The position numbers and the translations under genes were made by a program. A model generated the notes under the pieces. The model saw only the letters and a program-made list of their open reading frames with translations. It did no database searches and had not been told where the DNA came from. Below are positions 28,112 through 37,479 of a stretch of 64,000 bases of DNA, piece after piece; position 1 is the first letter of the stretch, and each line of letters begins with the position of its first letter. Source of the stretch: an uncultured Poribacteria bacterium (GTDB lineage: Bacteria; Poribacteria; WGA-4E; WGA-3G). The stretch lies in NCBI GenBank assembly GCA_958296135.2, contig CATQHZ020000001.1:2336001-2400000 (forward strand), given 5' to 3'.

Positions 28112-29549
28112 GGGCGAAACAGACGAGCCGATTCTTACCGCGAACGTAGAGCAACCCATTTGCCAAGACAGGAGCCGCCCAAGCGGGATGCTGAATCAAC
28201 GCTTTCCCGTTTTCATCAGTCGGCATCGCCTGGGCGCACTGCTCCAATGTTTCGGGGGTGCATCGGAGCAGCATCAACCGTCCAAATTCGCCGAGGTAGA
28301 TGAAGTAATCGTTCACCCAGAGTAGCGAAGCGCGCTCGTCAACCCGATGTGTCCACATCACCTTGCCGGTTTTGAGTTCAACGCACCGCAACGCCGCGCC
28401 GTTGGAATGCCGCCCGCTACAGCCATAGAGATAGCCTTCGTGATGAATAGCGGTGTTCCAATGCAGTTCCATCGCCTTTTCACGGCGGCGCGATGTATCT
28501 TTCCAGACGACTCGGTACCCGCCCGGGCGCACTTGAATAACCGAACTGCCTATCCCATACGACTCGCTGATGAAAACCAGGTCATCGGCAACGACAGGGG
28601 TTGAGGCGTTAACCGATTCAATTTTGGGGTGCCGCCACGGGTAGTGGAAGTCAATCTTGCCGGTGGCGGGCTCAAAACCGAGAAGGCCGCCGCGGAGGAA
28701 CGCCAATCCCCATCGCCGCCCTTTGATAGTGGTGATAATGGGGCTCGCGTAACTCGCGAGTTCATCAGCAGTCTGGTAGACAACCTCCCCAGTGTGCTTG
28801 TTAAAAGCGACGATGCCGCTGCCGTTCGGCTTCGGTTTACCGTTCGCGCCCCAGATATCCTCCGGGCTCCCCGGCGGCGAACCGCCAATCTGCACGATGA
28901 GCAGTTCGCCTCCCACAACAGGCGCGGAGGCAACGCCGAAAAAGTTTTGGACGACATGAAACCGCGCTGCCGTATCCACTCGCCACAAAAGTGTCCCATC
29001 AGAAACGTTCACGCAGTGCAACATCCCCGCCGCGCCGAAGATATAGACGCGCTCGCCATCAACGACGGGACAACACCGCGGGCCGTTGTTATAGCCATAC
29101 ATATCCTCGTAGTCCGTCGGATATTCAAACCGCCAGAGTTCGGTGCCGGTCTGGCTATTCAAACAGGACAGGCGTGCCATGTCTCCGTGCCGAGCGAAGA
29201 TAAATAACTTTCCGTTCGCGACGGTAGGCGCGCCGTAACTGGTGCCGGTCTGTGTATGCCAGACGACGCGCGGACCGGCTAGCGGCCACGGCGCAACATC
29301 TAGCTTCTCAGGGGATTTGCCGTTCTGGTCCGGGCCGAGAAAACTCGGCCAATCGGAACCTTCCGCAATACCGTAGCGGAGAAGACTGAGAAACAGGAGG
29401 ACAGAGAAAAAGCACCTCGCGGCCCGTAGCGCGAGGGCCTGGCCCTCGCGATATGTTGATAACAAAGAACGGCCCCAGCTCAGGAGAAGACTACGTTTTC
29501 TGCACAGGACAGCGCAGGACCGCGCCCTACGGTGAATAAGTGTTTTCAT
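28083..29549 (-). CDS. PQQ-like beta-propeller protein (BamB-like superfamily); start uncertain
   Basis: Motifs DWPSFLGP, G.ELW, SYASP, NASTP and WAAPVLANGLLYVR. The N-terminus overlaps REP sequence. Confidence 0.8.
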   Translation of the reverse strand: MKTLIHRRARSCAVLCRKRSLLLSWGRSLLSTYREGQALALRAARCFFSVLLFLSLLRYGIAEGSDWPSFLGPDQNGKSPEKLDVAPWPLAGPRVVWHTQTGTSYGAPTVANGKLFIFARHGDMARLSCLNSQTGTELWRFEYPTDYEDMYGYNNGPRCCPVVDGERVYIFGAAGMLHCVNVSDGTLLWRVDTAARFHVVQNFFGVASAPVVGGELLIVQIGGSPPGSPEDIWGANGKPKPNGSGIVAFNKHTGEVVYQTADELASYASPIITTIKGRRWGLAFLRGGLLGFEPATGKIDFHYPWRHPKIESVNASTPVVADDLVFISESYGIGSSVIQVRPGGYRVVWKDTSRRREKAMELHWNTAIHHEGYLYGCSGRHSNGAALRCVELKTGKVMWTHRVDERASLLWVNDYFIYLGEFGRLMLLRCTPETLEQCAQAMPTDENGKALIQHPAWAAPVLANGLLYVRGKNRLVCFALTASTTLPQ

Positions 29550-29848
29550 GACTATCTCGCCTTTATCTCTAACAAAAAAAATCCCCGGCCCCCGTAGCGC
29601 GAGGGCCGTCACGCCGAAACTTTGTCATCTCTGCAGCCTCGCTGCAGAGATGTCCACTGTCCCTCGCGATATGTTGATAACAAAGAACGGCCCCAACTCA
29701 AGAGAAGACTACGTTTTCTTCTCAGGACAGCGCACGGCGAGGCACAGGACCTCGCCCTACGGTGAATAAGTGTTTTCATGACTATCTCGCCTTACAGCGC
29801 AGGACCTCGCCCTACGGTGAATAGGTGTTTTCATGACTATCTCGCCTT
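29420..29848. repeat. REP cluster with duplicated flanks and a triplicated 41-bp gene junction
   Basis: CGCCCTACGGTGAATA(A/G)GTGTTTTCATGACTATCTCGCCTT at 29523, 29753 and 29808. 50-bp insert at 29608-29657. Confidence 0.85.
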
Positions 29849-30865
29849 AAGCTCTTCCCACGCGCGGTTATAGTGCCGCGTCCAATCCCCCGGGTCTTTC
29901 AGCCATTCCAGCGACTCCAAAACCTCTTTCGGTGGATAGATGAATTCGTGCTCGCGCAAAGATTCAGGCAGGTGCTCCTTCGCCGCCGGTACACACGTTC
30001 CATATTTCGTGAAGACTGTAATCTTCGCATTGATTTCCGGGCGCAGCAGGTAGTTAATAAACTGCGCGGCAAGTGCCCTGTGCGGCGCGGCTCTCAGAAT
30101 GCAGACAGCGTCGATAAACTGGCTCGAGCCTTCCTTCGGAATGACATAGCGAATAGTGGTGCGCGTTTCGGCGGCACGGAACGCATCGCCGCTCCAGCAG
30201 TGCGCCATCGCCACATCCCCAGCGACAAGCAACTCCTCCGCCTCGCTTTTATACTGCTTCACGAGCGGTTTCTGGGCAATTAATTTCTCCTTCGCCGCTT
30301 GGAGCTCCTTCACATCAGTTGTGTTGAGGCTATACCCGAGCAGTTTGAGGGCGACACCGAGCGTCTCACGCTGGTCATCGAGCATACTGAACTGGTTCGC
30401 GTACTTCTCATCCCAGAGGACGTTCCAACTATCGGGCGCGGGTTGGACGACATCCGAATCATAGGCGATGCCGGCGGTGCCGAACGTATACGGCACGGAA
30501 TAGCGGTTCTCGGTATCAAAGTATTTGCCGAGGAACAGCGGACTGACGTTCTGAAAATTCGGGATAGCCTCCCGCTCTAATTCTGCCAACAGGTCCAACT
30601 TGATTAAAATCGATACCATGTAGTCGGACGGCATGATAACATCGTAGCCGGTGGCACCGGCTTGGAGTTTTGCAAGCAGGTCTTCGTTGCTAGCGTAGGT
30701 ATCCACGATGACATCAACGCCGAATTCCTTTTCAAACCCGGTGCGGATGTCGTCGCTGACGTAACCTGCCCATGTGAAGATGTTGAGTTGCTCGTCTTTG
30801 GCATCGCCTTGTCCGATGGAGAGAGCGATGAAAGCGAGCGTTAAGAGCAGACATTTTGTTCGCAT
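29837..30865 (-). CDS. potD: Spermidine/putrescine-type ABC transporter substrate-binding protein
   Basis: Motifs LNIFTWAGY, YASNEDL, YDVIMPSDY, YSVPYTFG, WSGDA, IPKEGS and FINYLLRPE. Confidence 0.8.
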   Translation of the reverse strand: MRTKCLLLTLAFIALSIGQGDAKDEQLNIFTWAGYVSDDIRTGFEKEFGVDVIVDTYASNEDLLAKLQAGATGYDVIMPSDYMVSILIKLDLLAELEREAIPNFQNVSPLFLGKYFDTENRYSVPYTFGTAGIAYDSDVVQPAPDSWNVLWDEKYANQFSMLDDQRETLGVALKLLGYSLNTTDVKELQAAKEKLIAQKPLVKQYKSEAEELLVAGDVAMAHCWSGDAFRAAETRTTIRYVIPKEGSSQFIDAVCILRAAPHRALAAQFINYLLRPEINAKITVFTKYGTCVPAAKEHLPESLREHEFIYPPKEVLESLEWLKDPGDWTRHYNRAWEELKAR

Positions 30866-30899
30866 TTGTGTTATTTCCTATTTCGCGCGCTTGTAGCAA

Positions 30900-31123
30900 G
30901 GCGAGGGACAGTGGACATCTCTGCAGCGAGGCGGCAGAGATGACAACGTTAAAGTAAGTAAGGTAGCGTGTTTACGCGGGGCGACACACGCACATTTTCT
31001 GTAGACGTGACCGTGTTTACGCGAGGCGACACACGCACATTTTCTGTAGACGTGACCGTGTTTACGCGGGGCGACACACGCACGTTTACTGTAGACGTGA
31101 CCGTAACGGCCCTCGCCCTACGG
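30900..31123. repeat. Nested REP containing three tandem 45-bp repeats
   Basis: CGTGTTTACGCG(G/A)GGCGACACACGCAC...TGTAGACGTGAC at 30967, 31012 and 31057, lying inside the 50-bp element, which itself lies inside a family A REP. Confidence 0.85.
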
Positions 31124-31134
31124 GTGCAAAAAAA

Positions 31135-31497
31135 CTAATCGGCTGCTTCCGTTGGTAAACCTTCCGCTTGCCATCCACGGAAACCGCCGGTGAGTACAGA
31201 GACGTTATCATAGCCCATGATTTTCAAGGTGTTCGCCGAGAGAGTGGCGCGGGTGCCGCCGCCGCAGTAGGTGACAATGTGTGCATCCTGGTCTGGTGCA
31301 ACCTCGTCGATATCCAATTCAAGGTAGCCGCGCGGTAGCGAGACAGCGTTCGGCAGATGTTCTGCGTCGTAATCCGCTTCGTCGCGGACATCAATGAGAA
31401 TGACAGGGTGTTCCGCTTCCGTGAGTTCCTCGGCGGAGATGTGTCCGACGTTTGCTTTCGCTTCAGCGAGTAATTGTTGCAGGTTTTTTCCTCGCAT
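31135..31497 (-). CDS. Single-domain rhodanese
   Basis: Motifs LIDVRD..DY..EHLPNA, YCGGGTR (active Cys) and LTGGFRGW. Confidence 0.9.
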   Translation of the reverse strand: MRGKNLQQLLAEAKANVGHISAEELTEAEHPVILIDVRDEADYDAEHLPNAVSLPRGYLELDIDEVAPDQDAHIVTYCGGGTRATLSANTLKIMGYDNVSVLTGGFRGWQAEGLPTEAAD

Positions 31498-31526
31498 TCA
31501 GTATCCTCCTTATTGCATTTGCGTTT

Positions 31527-31638
31527 ATTTTAGCAGAATGTGGCGGTATATGTCAAGGTTTTTCTCGTACGCGCAAAAATCTCACCTTCGCGCGATTATT
31601 GCAAAAAACTTGACAAAATTTGCATTTTCTGCAATAAT
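31527..31638. promoter_or_regulatory. Divergent sigma70-like promoters
   Basis: Minus strand: TTGACA(31556-31551)-18-TAAAAT with TG extension. Plus strand: TTGACA(31610)-17-AATAAT with TG extension. Confidence 0.55.
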
Positions 31639-31777
31639 CTTACCAACAGATTTGGGACGCTGTGAGCGGCCCCCCAGTAGGAGAGACCTCCCGGTCTTGA
31701 CATTTGCCGAACTCCCGCGTCTTGACATTTGCCGAACTGAACGCTTTTCTTGAATGGATAAAAAGGAGACATAACCC

Positions 31778-33799
31778 GTGAAAACGACACTTTTTTTCCT
31801 CTCAACGCTACTGATCCTTTCCGTGCTCTTTTTTCTCCCGTGCAGTTTCGCCCAAGATTACACGCAATGGGCGTTACCGGAGGGTGCCAAACTGCGTCTC
31901 GGCAAAGGCTATATCAATGAGATGCAGTTTTCCCCGGATGGCAAACTGCTAGCCGTCGCGAGTTCCATCGGGGTGTGGCTCTATGACACAGAAACGTATC
32001 AAGAACGCGCCCTGTTAACAGGACACACCGCCTTAGTCAGCAGCGTCTGTTTTAGCCCGGATGGGCGTGTCCTCGCGAGTGGCAGTCTGGATGGTACCAT
32101 CCGGCTGTGGGATGTCGCCACCGGCACACCTCAACGAGCCCTCACCTCCACCTCATTTGATTATGTCACTGGCGTGCGTTTCAGTCCGGACGGCGGCACG
32201 CTCGCCTGTGCGGGGCATGTCGTAGAAATGGGGTCTTGGATTGAACTGTGGGATGTGGCCACCGGAACCTTGCGCCGGAGTCTCCCGGACTTCCTCGGCG
32301 AGGTCTTGAGCCTGGATTTCAGTCCGGACGGGCAGACGCTCGCCAGTGGCTATGAGGCTGATAAGGTTCTTCTGTGGGATGTGGCCACCGGGGCCCTTCG
32401 ACAGACGTTTATCGCACACCCTGGCGCGCGTATTAATAGCGTGCGTTTCAGCGCGGATGGGGAAACGTTAGTGAGTGCAAGTCAGGAGAAGACGTTTCAA
32501 AATAAGAACAAGGCATACACGATAGGGATGTGGGATGTGGCGAGCAGAGAACCCTTGAAAAGACTCACTGTCCCCATCGATGCTGTCTCTAGCCTATGTT
32601 GGAGTCCGGATAGACAGACGTGGGCGAGTGGGAACTTGGATGGCACGATTCGGCTGTGGGATGTGGCGAGCAGCGAAGCCTTGAAAAGGCTCACCGGCCA
32701 CACCGACGCTGTCTCTAACATGGGTTGGAGTCCGGATGGACAGACCCTAGCCAGTGCGAGTTGGGATGGCACGATTCGGCTGTGGGATGTGGCTACCGGT
32801 CTCCCTCGCCACACGTTTACTGGACATACCTCGCATGTCTCAAATATGTATTGGCGTGCAGATGGGCAGACGCTCGTCTGTGGCTACAAAGACGGCAAGG
32901 TGCAGCTGTGGGATGACAACGGCAAGGTTCGTCTGTGGGATGTAGTTACCGGTGTCCTTCGCCGCACGTATTTTGGTGGATACACTGTGTATGACAGCAG
33001 TTTGAGTCTCAGTGCGGATGGGCGGATGTTGGCGAGTGCGAGTGAAGAAGACAAAACGATTAGGTTGTGGGACGTGGCTACCGGCACCCTTCGCTACACA
33101 TTGCCCGGGCATACTCGGCTTGTATCAAGTCTGTGTTTCAGTGCGGATGGGCAGATGTTGGCGAGTGGGAGCTGGGGCCAAACGATTCGGGTGTGGGATG
33201 TCGCCACTAGCACATCCCTGAAAACGCTTGGCACACCGCCTGGTAATACCGAGTATGTCAGTAGCCTGGATTTCAGCCCGGATGGGCAGACGCTCGCCAG
33301 TGGGGAGGGGTCAAAGAATCAGGACTACGTGATTCGGCTGTGGGACGTAACCACCGGCACCCTTCACCACACGCTCACCGGCCATACCGGTGAAATCTTA
33401 AGCGTCTGTTTCAGTCCAGATGGACAGACACTGGCAAGTGGGAATGGTCAAAATCCATGGACCGAGGTGGGAATGGCAGACTACACGATTCAGTTGTGGG
33501 ATGTGGCTACCGGCGAACTCCGAAAAACCCTTATTGGACACTTCGGTTCTGTCTCCAGCCTGTGTTGGAGTCCGGATGGGCAGACGCTGGCGAGTGGGGG
33601 TGGATATTCACACGGCGAAGCGGGACGGCCGGACTACAAGGTTCGAGTGTGGGATGTGGCTACCGGCGAACTCCGAAGGACTCTCATTGGGCACACCGGT
33701 GAAATCTTGAGCGTCCGTTTCAGTGCGGCCGGGCAGACGTTAGCGAGTGGGAGTGCGGATGGCACAGTCCTCCTGTGGCAGATGAACCCAGAAAAATAG
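31778..33799 (+). CDS. Secreted WD40-repeat protein (~14 repeats)
   Basis: Signal peptide, QDYTQWALPEGAKLRLGKG leader, and repeated GHT..V.S..FSPDG.TLASG...IRLWDV. Confidence 0.9.
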   Translation: MKTTLFFLSTLLILSVLFFLPCSFAQDYTQWALPEGAKLRLGKGYINEMQFSPDGKLLAVASSIGVWLYDTETYQERALLTGHTALVSSVCFSPDGRVLASGSLDGTIRLWDVATGTPQRALTSTSFDYVTGVRFSPDGGTLACAGHVVEMGSWIELWDVATGTLRRSLPDFLGEVLSLDFSPDGQTLASGYEADKVLLWDVATGALRQTFIAHPGARINSVRFSADGETLVSASQEKTFQNKNKAYTIGMWDVASREPLKRLTVPIDAVSSLCWSPDRQTWASGNLDGTIRLWDVASSEALKRLTGHTDAVSNMGWSPDGQTLASASWDGTIRLWDVATGLPRHTFTGHTSHVSNMYWRADGQTLVCGYKDGKVQLWDDNGKVRLWDVVTGVLRRTYFGGYTVYDSSLSLSADGRMLASASEEDKTIRLWDVATGTLRYTLPGHTRLVSSLCFSADGQMLASGSWGQTIRVWDVATSTSLKTLGTPPGNTEYVSSLDFSPDGQTLASGEGSKNQDYVIRLWDVTTGTLHHTLTGHTGEILSVCFSPDGQTLASGNGQNPWTEVGMADYTIQLWDVATGELRKTLIGHFGSVSSLCWSPDGQTLASGGGYSHGEAGRPDYKVRVWDVATGELRRTLIGHTGEILSVRFSAAGQTLASGSADGTVLLWQMNPEK

Positions 33800-33811
33800 A
33801 GAGGAGAAAAA

Positions 33812-34246
33812 ATGGAATCACTACAAAAATCAGTGCAAACGGTCATTAAGTCGGGACGAATCGGCAGCCCGGTGTTTCTGCGATGCGTCTGTCAAATCGC
33901 GACGGAGAAGTCTCTCCTACAGCCAGCAGCGGCGGTGATGGCTCTCGCAAACGAATGGATGCCCGCAGAACCGGAGCGCATCTACGCGCAAAGCGACGCG
34001 GAGGCAACGCAACTCACGCTCATGGTGCAATACGCCGGCGGACAATCCGCGGTCTTGAGCGTCAATCGCACGCGTGCAGAACCCGAATGCGATGTCATGC
34101 TGGTAGGCAACAAAGGGGTTATCTATCATGAAACGCCAATAGGGCGGCACCATCTAAGTGCGACACCGCTTGAAATGGGCGAATCAGCGGAATTGACCCC
34201 TGTTATCGCGCAGGCACTTGAAAGCGGACAACCAACACCGTTGTAG
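33812..34246 (+). CDS. Hypothetical protein resembling an isolated Gfo/Idh/MocA C-terminal domain
   Basis: 144 aa with GGAG RBS. I.SGRIG.P at the start and L.GNKG near the end match the C-terminal half of the Gfo/Idh/MocA fold. Confidence 0.6.
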   Translation: MESLQKSVQTVIKSGRIGSPVFLRCVCQIATEKSLLQPAAAVMALANEWMPAEPERIYAQSDAEATQLTLMVQYAGGQSAVLSVNRTRAEPECDVMLVGNKGVIYHETPIGRHHLSATPLEMGESAELTPVIAQALESGQPTPL

Positions 34247-34350
34247 GCGCGACCTCCCGCGTCTCGATACCTCTTGTAGGCGCGACCTCCTGGTCTCGAT
34301 GCATCCCGGTAGGAGAGACCTCCCGGTCTCGATGCATCCCGCGTCTCGAT
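34243..34350 (+). repeat. REP family B cluster
   Basis: Three GTAGG...CCTCC...GTCTCGAT units plus a partial copy. The first supplies the TAG of the upstream gene. Confidence 0.75.
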
Positions 34351-34377
34351 AGGAAAATTCATTTTGGAGGGATAACC

Positions 34378-35520
34378 ATGGAAAAATACGGTATACTATT
34401 ACTCGGCGGCCATCGCACGCACCAAGAAAACTACGCGCCGAATTTCGCGCAAGACGCTCGCTGCCAACTCATCGCATTCGCCGATGAACGGGATGCACCG
34501 GCGGAACGCATCGCATTAGGAAAATCGCTCGCCGAAGAACTGAACCTGCCGTTCATCCCAGATTTGGACGAGGCACTCGCGCGCGACGATGTGCATGTCG
34601 TGAGTCTCTGCACGGAAGTGGAGCGGCGCGGGCGCGTCGGCGCGAAGTGCGCGGAAGCAGGCAAGCACGTTTACCTCGACAAGCCGATGGCACTTAACCC
34701 CGACGATGCAAACCAGATTGTCGCCGCCGTGAAGCGCAGCGGTGTCCGAACGCAGATGTTCAGCAACATCCACAGCCCCTGGGCGCGAAGCGTGAAAGGG
34801 GGATTGGAAAACGGCGAAATCGGCGAACTGCGCGCGATTCACTGCGATGTCCTTTTCTCCAAGGGGCACCCGGGGAGCGCGCCTGTCGGCAAGAAACGAA
34901 TCGAGAAACCGACGGTGGAACGCTATAGTTTCGTTGAAGCAAAGCGCGAGATGTTTGATGTCGGCGTTTACGCGGTATCAATGGTGAATTGGCTCACACA
35001 GAAACCCGTTCAGAACGTCTTCGGTGCAACGGCGAACTACTTTTTCAAGGAGCATCACGATTGCGGCGTTGAAGATTTCGGCGCGCTGATGCTGACGCTA
35101 GAAGGCGGCATCACCGCAACAATCATCGGTGGACGCTACGGGTGGCAGAGTCATGCACGCGGCGGCGTGCAGAAAGTGCATCTCGTCGGCACAGAGAAGA
35201 CGTTGACGTTCGATGCCGCGGCGAACCGTTTGGCGGTATTTGCTGCTGAACCGGCGTTTGAACCGCCGCCACCGCACCCCCTCGATCCGATGGGGATGTG
35301 GAGCAGCACGCAATCTGAAGTTGGGATGCGTCCAAAGCAGGCGTGGATGGATATCGGGAGCGGTGACGACAGCGCGCGGGAATTCAGCGCGTTTATTGAT
35401 TGCATTGAGAACGGCGTGGAGAGTGAGATGAACGCCGAATTTGCGGCGCAATCGATTGAAATTATCACAGCAGGGTATCGTTCCGCGGCGAGTGGGGAAG
35501 TAATCGAAATTCCTCAGTAG
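34378..35520 (+). CDS. Gfo/Idh/MocA family oxidoreductase
   Basis: Motifs AGKHVYLDKPMA, G.IGEL, DVGVY and VEDFG. Confidence 0.85.
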   Translation: MEKYGILLLGGHRTHQENYAPNFAQDARCQLIAFADERDAPAERIALGKSLAEELNLPFIPDLDEALARDDVHVVSLCTEVERRGRVGAKCAEAGKHVYLDKPMALNPDDANQIVAAVKRSGVRTQMFSNIHSPWARSVKGGLENGEIGELRAIHCDVLFSKGHPGSAPVGKKRIEKPTVERYSFVEAKREMFDVGVYAVSMVNWLTQKPVQNVFGATANYFFKEHHDCGVEDFGALMLTLEGGITATIIGGRYGWQSHARGGVQKVHLVGTEKTLTFDAAANRLAVFAAEPAFEPPPPHPLDPMGMWSSTQSEVGMRPKQAWMDIGSGDDSAREFSAFIDCIENGVESEMNAEFAAQSIEIITAGYRSAASGEVIEIPQ

Positions 35521-35642
35521 GTGCGCCCTCTTGTCTCAACTCTCCCCGGTAGGCGCGCCCTCCCGCGTCTCGATGCCCTCAGTAGGAGAGACCTCCCGCG
35601 TCTCGATGCGTGCACTATCAAAACCAGGCGGTCCCTCCTACC
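35517..35642. repeat. REP family B cluster between convergent genes
   Basis: GTAGG-led units on both strands, overlapping both stop codons. Confidence 0.7.
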
Positions 35643-37473
35643 CGGTTACTCCTATCGCTTCCAACTCCGCAATCTGTCTCAGCCACGATTCCCGGATTTC
35701 GGGGGAGTAATCACCCGGTAGCAACGATTTTCGGGTGCAATTGACAAACGCCTGCAGAATCTGATACTTCCGAATCGGGCCGATGTTAGGGAGAATCCTG
35801 TCAGAGACGACATCAACGATGTCATCAACAGTCAAGTCGTCTCTCAGATTCTTGGCTGCCTCGAGGTCTGCCCGGAGGGAGGCGAAACTGGCGGCGGAAT
35901 AGCCATCGGTATGTTCTAGCAGCAGTTGCAATGCCGCATCTGGGATAGTTTGATTGAAAACGTTGCGGAGTGTCCAGCGGAGAAACGCCTCCCGGTCTTC
36001 CCCACTCGGGTCAAGCACAGGGATGACGATGTCCCCGACGCGGCCCTCTCGGCGCAAGTCTGGGGAGAGATTATAGATGCGCGCTGTCATCAGCAGCCAC
36101 GTGATGTTGCCGCGCAGCTGCGGATCGGACATCATCGCCTGAATCTTTCCGGTGAGTCGGCGCTCCGTGCTGTGCGCATCTCTACCGACATCACCGAACT
36201 GCGTATCCGCCTCATCAACGAAGATCAGCACCTTTACGAGTGCCATGAGCAACCGCCGCAGCCGTTCAAAAATGACATCTGTCTGTCCAAACCACATGCT
36301 CCGAATGTTTTTCAGCACGAGGACAGGGATATCCAATTCGCCTGCGAGCCCCTCAAAAATAAACGTCTTTCCGCTTCCGATGGGCCCGCAGACGCTGAGC
36401 CCGGAGATGGCATCCGGCCCGGTAGAGGTAATGCGCGGAATAAGGCGCGTCTTGAGAAATTCGACCAGGTTCCGGTTCCCCACGATATCCTTCAGCGTGT
36501 GCTCTGGCTTTTTAAACTCCACCACATCTTCGCCTAACTGCGCTTGGATAAATTCGGAGACCTTCTCAATAACGTGCCCCGGGCGAAGTTTCCCGCCAGA
36601 ATAGCACGCAGCGGCCAGCAGCTGGCGCAACGCTTGTAGCGACAAACCTGCCGTCAGCATGGCAAGTTGCGACTGGGTGCCCCAGAGGTTTAAGGTCTGC
36701 CCCGCGGGTTTTTGCGTTCTATTGAACCACGAGATGAAATGCCGACGCACCTCCAGCTGCGGCGAGGGAATCTCTACACCGATGACCTGGGGGAGCCGCG
36801 TAATTCGCGAATTAACCAGGCTTTTAGACTCCGCAACGAAGACAACCGTATCGCTGGCTTTCATGAACTCTGAATCCGAAATCCAATCCTGAACGATGCT
36901 GACGCGGTGTCTATCCGCCTGACTCAAACTCCGAATCTCGCCCTCGGGCAGCAACATATCGGTTGCCTCGATGATGATGAGCAGCGTCTCCGCTAGCAGC
37001 TTCTCGCCGCGGAGGTTCGTCGTCCGAGAAATCATGCAGAATTGCCGCAGGAGTTCCAAGGCCAGCGTGGGGCTGCCGATCGCATCGTCAAGATAGCGTT
37101 CAAACGTGTCCTCACTGGGGTGGGCATCGAGTGGATATGACTTCTCATAACCGGGGTGGGCATCACGTTCCGGCGCGGCGGCTTGCCGCCATACATTAAA
37201 AGCGGCCTGCAGCTTCTCTCTATCGCTGGCGCGGAGGAAGCGGAGCGGGCCGTTGAGTTCATAGACTATCAGGATAAACCCCGGAATATCCCAACTGCGG
37301 GTAAGGAATTTCACGAGGGGGATATAATCTCCCTGCGCGGCATCGTCAACAAAGAAAAGATCGTGGATATTCCCTGAGAGGACGAGGCTGCGCGAAGTGC
37401 CGGAGTTAATGAGCATGCCTGCCTCGGTCCGGAATTGGTAGTGTGGATTTTTAATCGCCATGATGTTGCTCAC
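35638..37473 (-). CDS. AAA+ ATPase (SpoVK/Ycf46/Vps4-like), degenerate N-terminal module plus active C-terminal module
   Basis: Walker A GPIGSGKT, pore loop SMWFGQT, Walker B LIFVDEAD, and arginine finger LRREGR. Confidence 0.85.
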   Translation of the reverse strand: MSNIMAIKNPHYQFRTEAGMLINSGTSRSLVLSGNIHDLFFVDDAAQGDYIPLVKFLTRSWDIPGFILIVYELNGPLRFLRASDREKLQAAFNVWRQAAAPERDAHPGYEKSYPLDAHPSEDTFERYLDDAIGSPTLALELLRQFCMISRTTNLRGEKLLAETLLIIIEATDMLLPEGEIRSLSQADRHRVSIVQDWISDSEFMKASDTVVFVAESKSLVNSRITRLPQVIGVEIPSPQLEVRRHFISWFNRTQKPAGQTLNLWGTQSQLAMLTAGLSLQALRQLLAAACYSGGKLRPGHVIEKVSEFIQAQLGEDVVEFKKPEHTLKDIVGNRNLVEFLKTRLIPRITSTGPDAISGLSVCGPIGSGKTFIFEGLAGELDIPVLVLKNIRSMWFGQTDVIFERLRRLLMALVKVLIFVDEADTQFGDVGRDAHSTERRLTGKIQAMMSDPQLRGNITWLLMTARIYNLSPDLRREGRVGDIVIPVLDPSGEDREAFLRWTLRNVFNQTIPDAALQLLLEHTDGYSAASFASLRADLEAAKNLRDDLTVDDIVDVVSDRILPNIGPIRKYQILQAFVNCTRKSLLPGDYSPEIRESWLRQIAELEAIGVTG

Positions 37474-37479
37474 CGTATC

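Noticed and set aside
30967-31101. Mini-CRISPR
   Set aside because: The 45-bp units are directly adjacent, with no unique spacers.
31778-33799. Eukaryotic contamination suggested by WD40 repeats
   Set aside because: The gene has a bacterial promoter, RBS and signal peptide, no introns, and is contiguous with bacterial genes.
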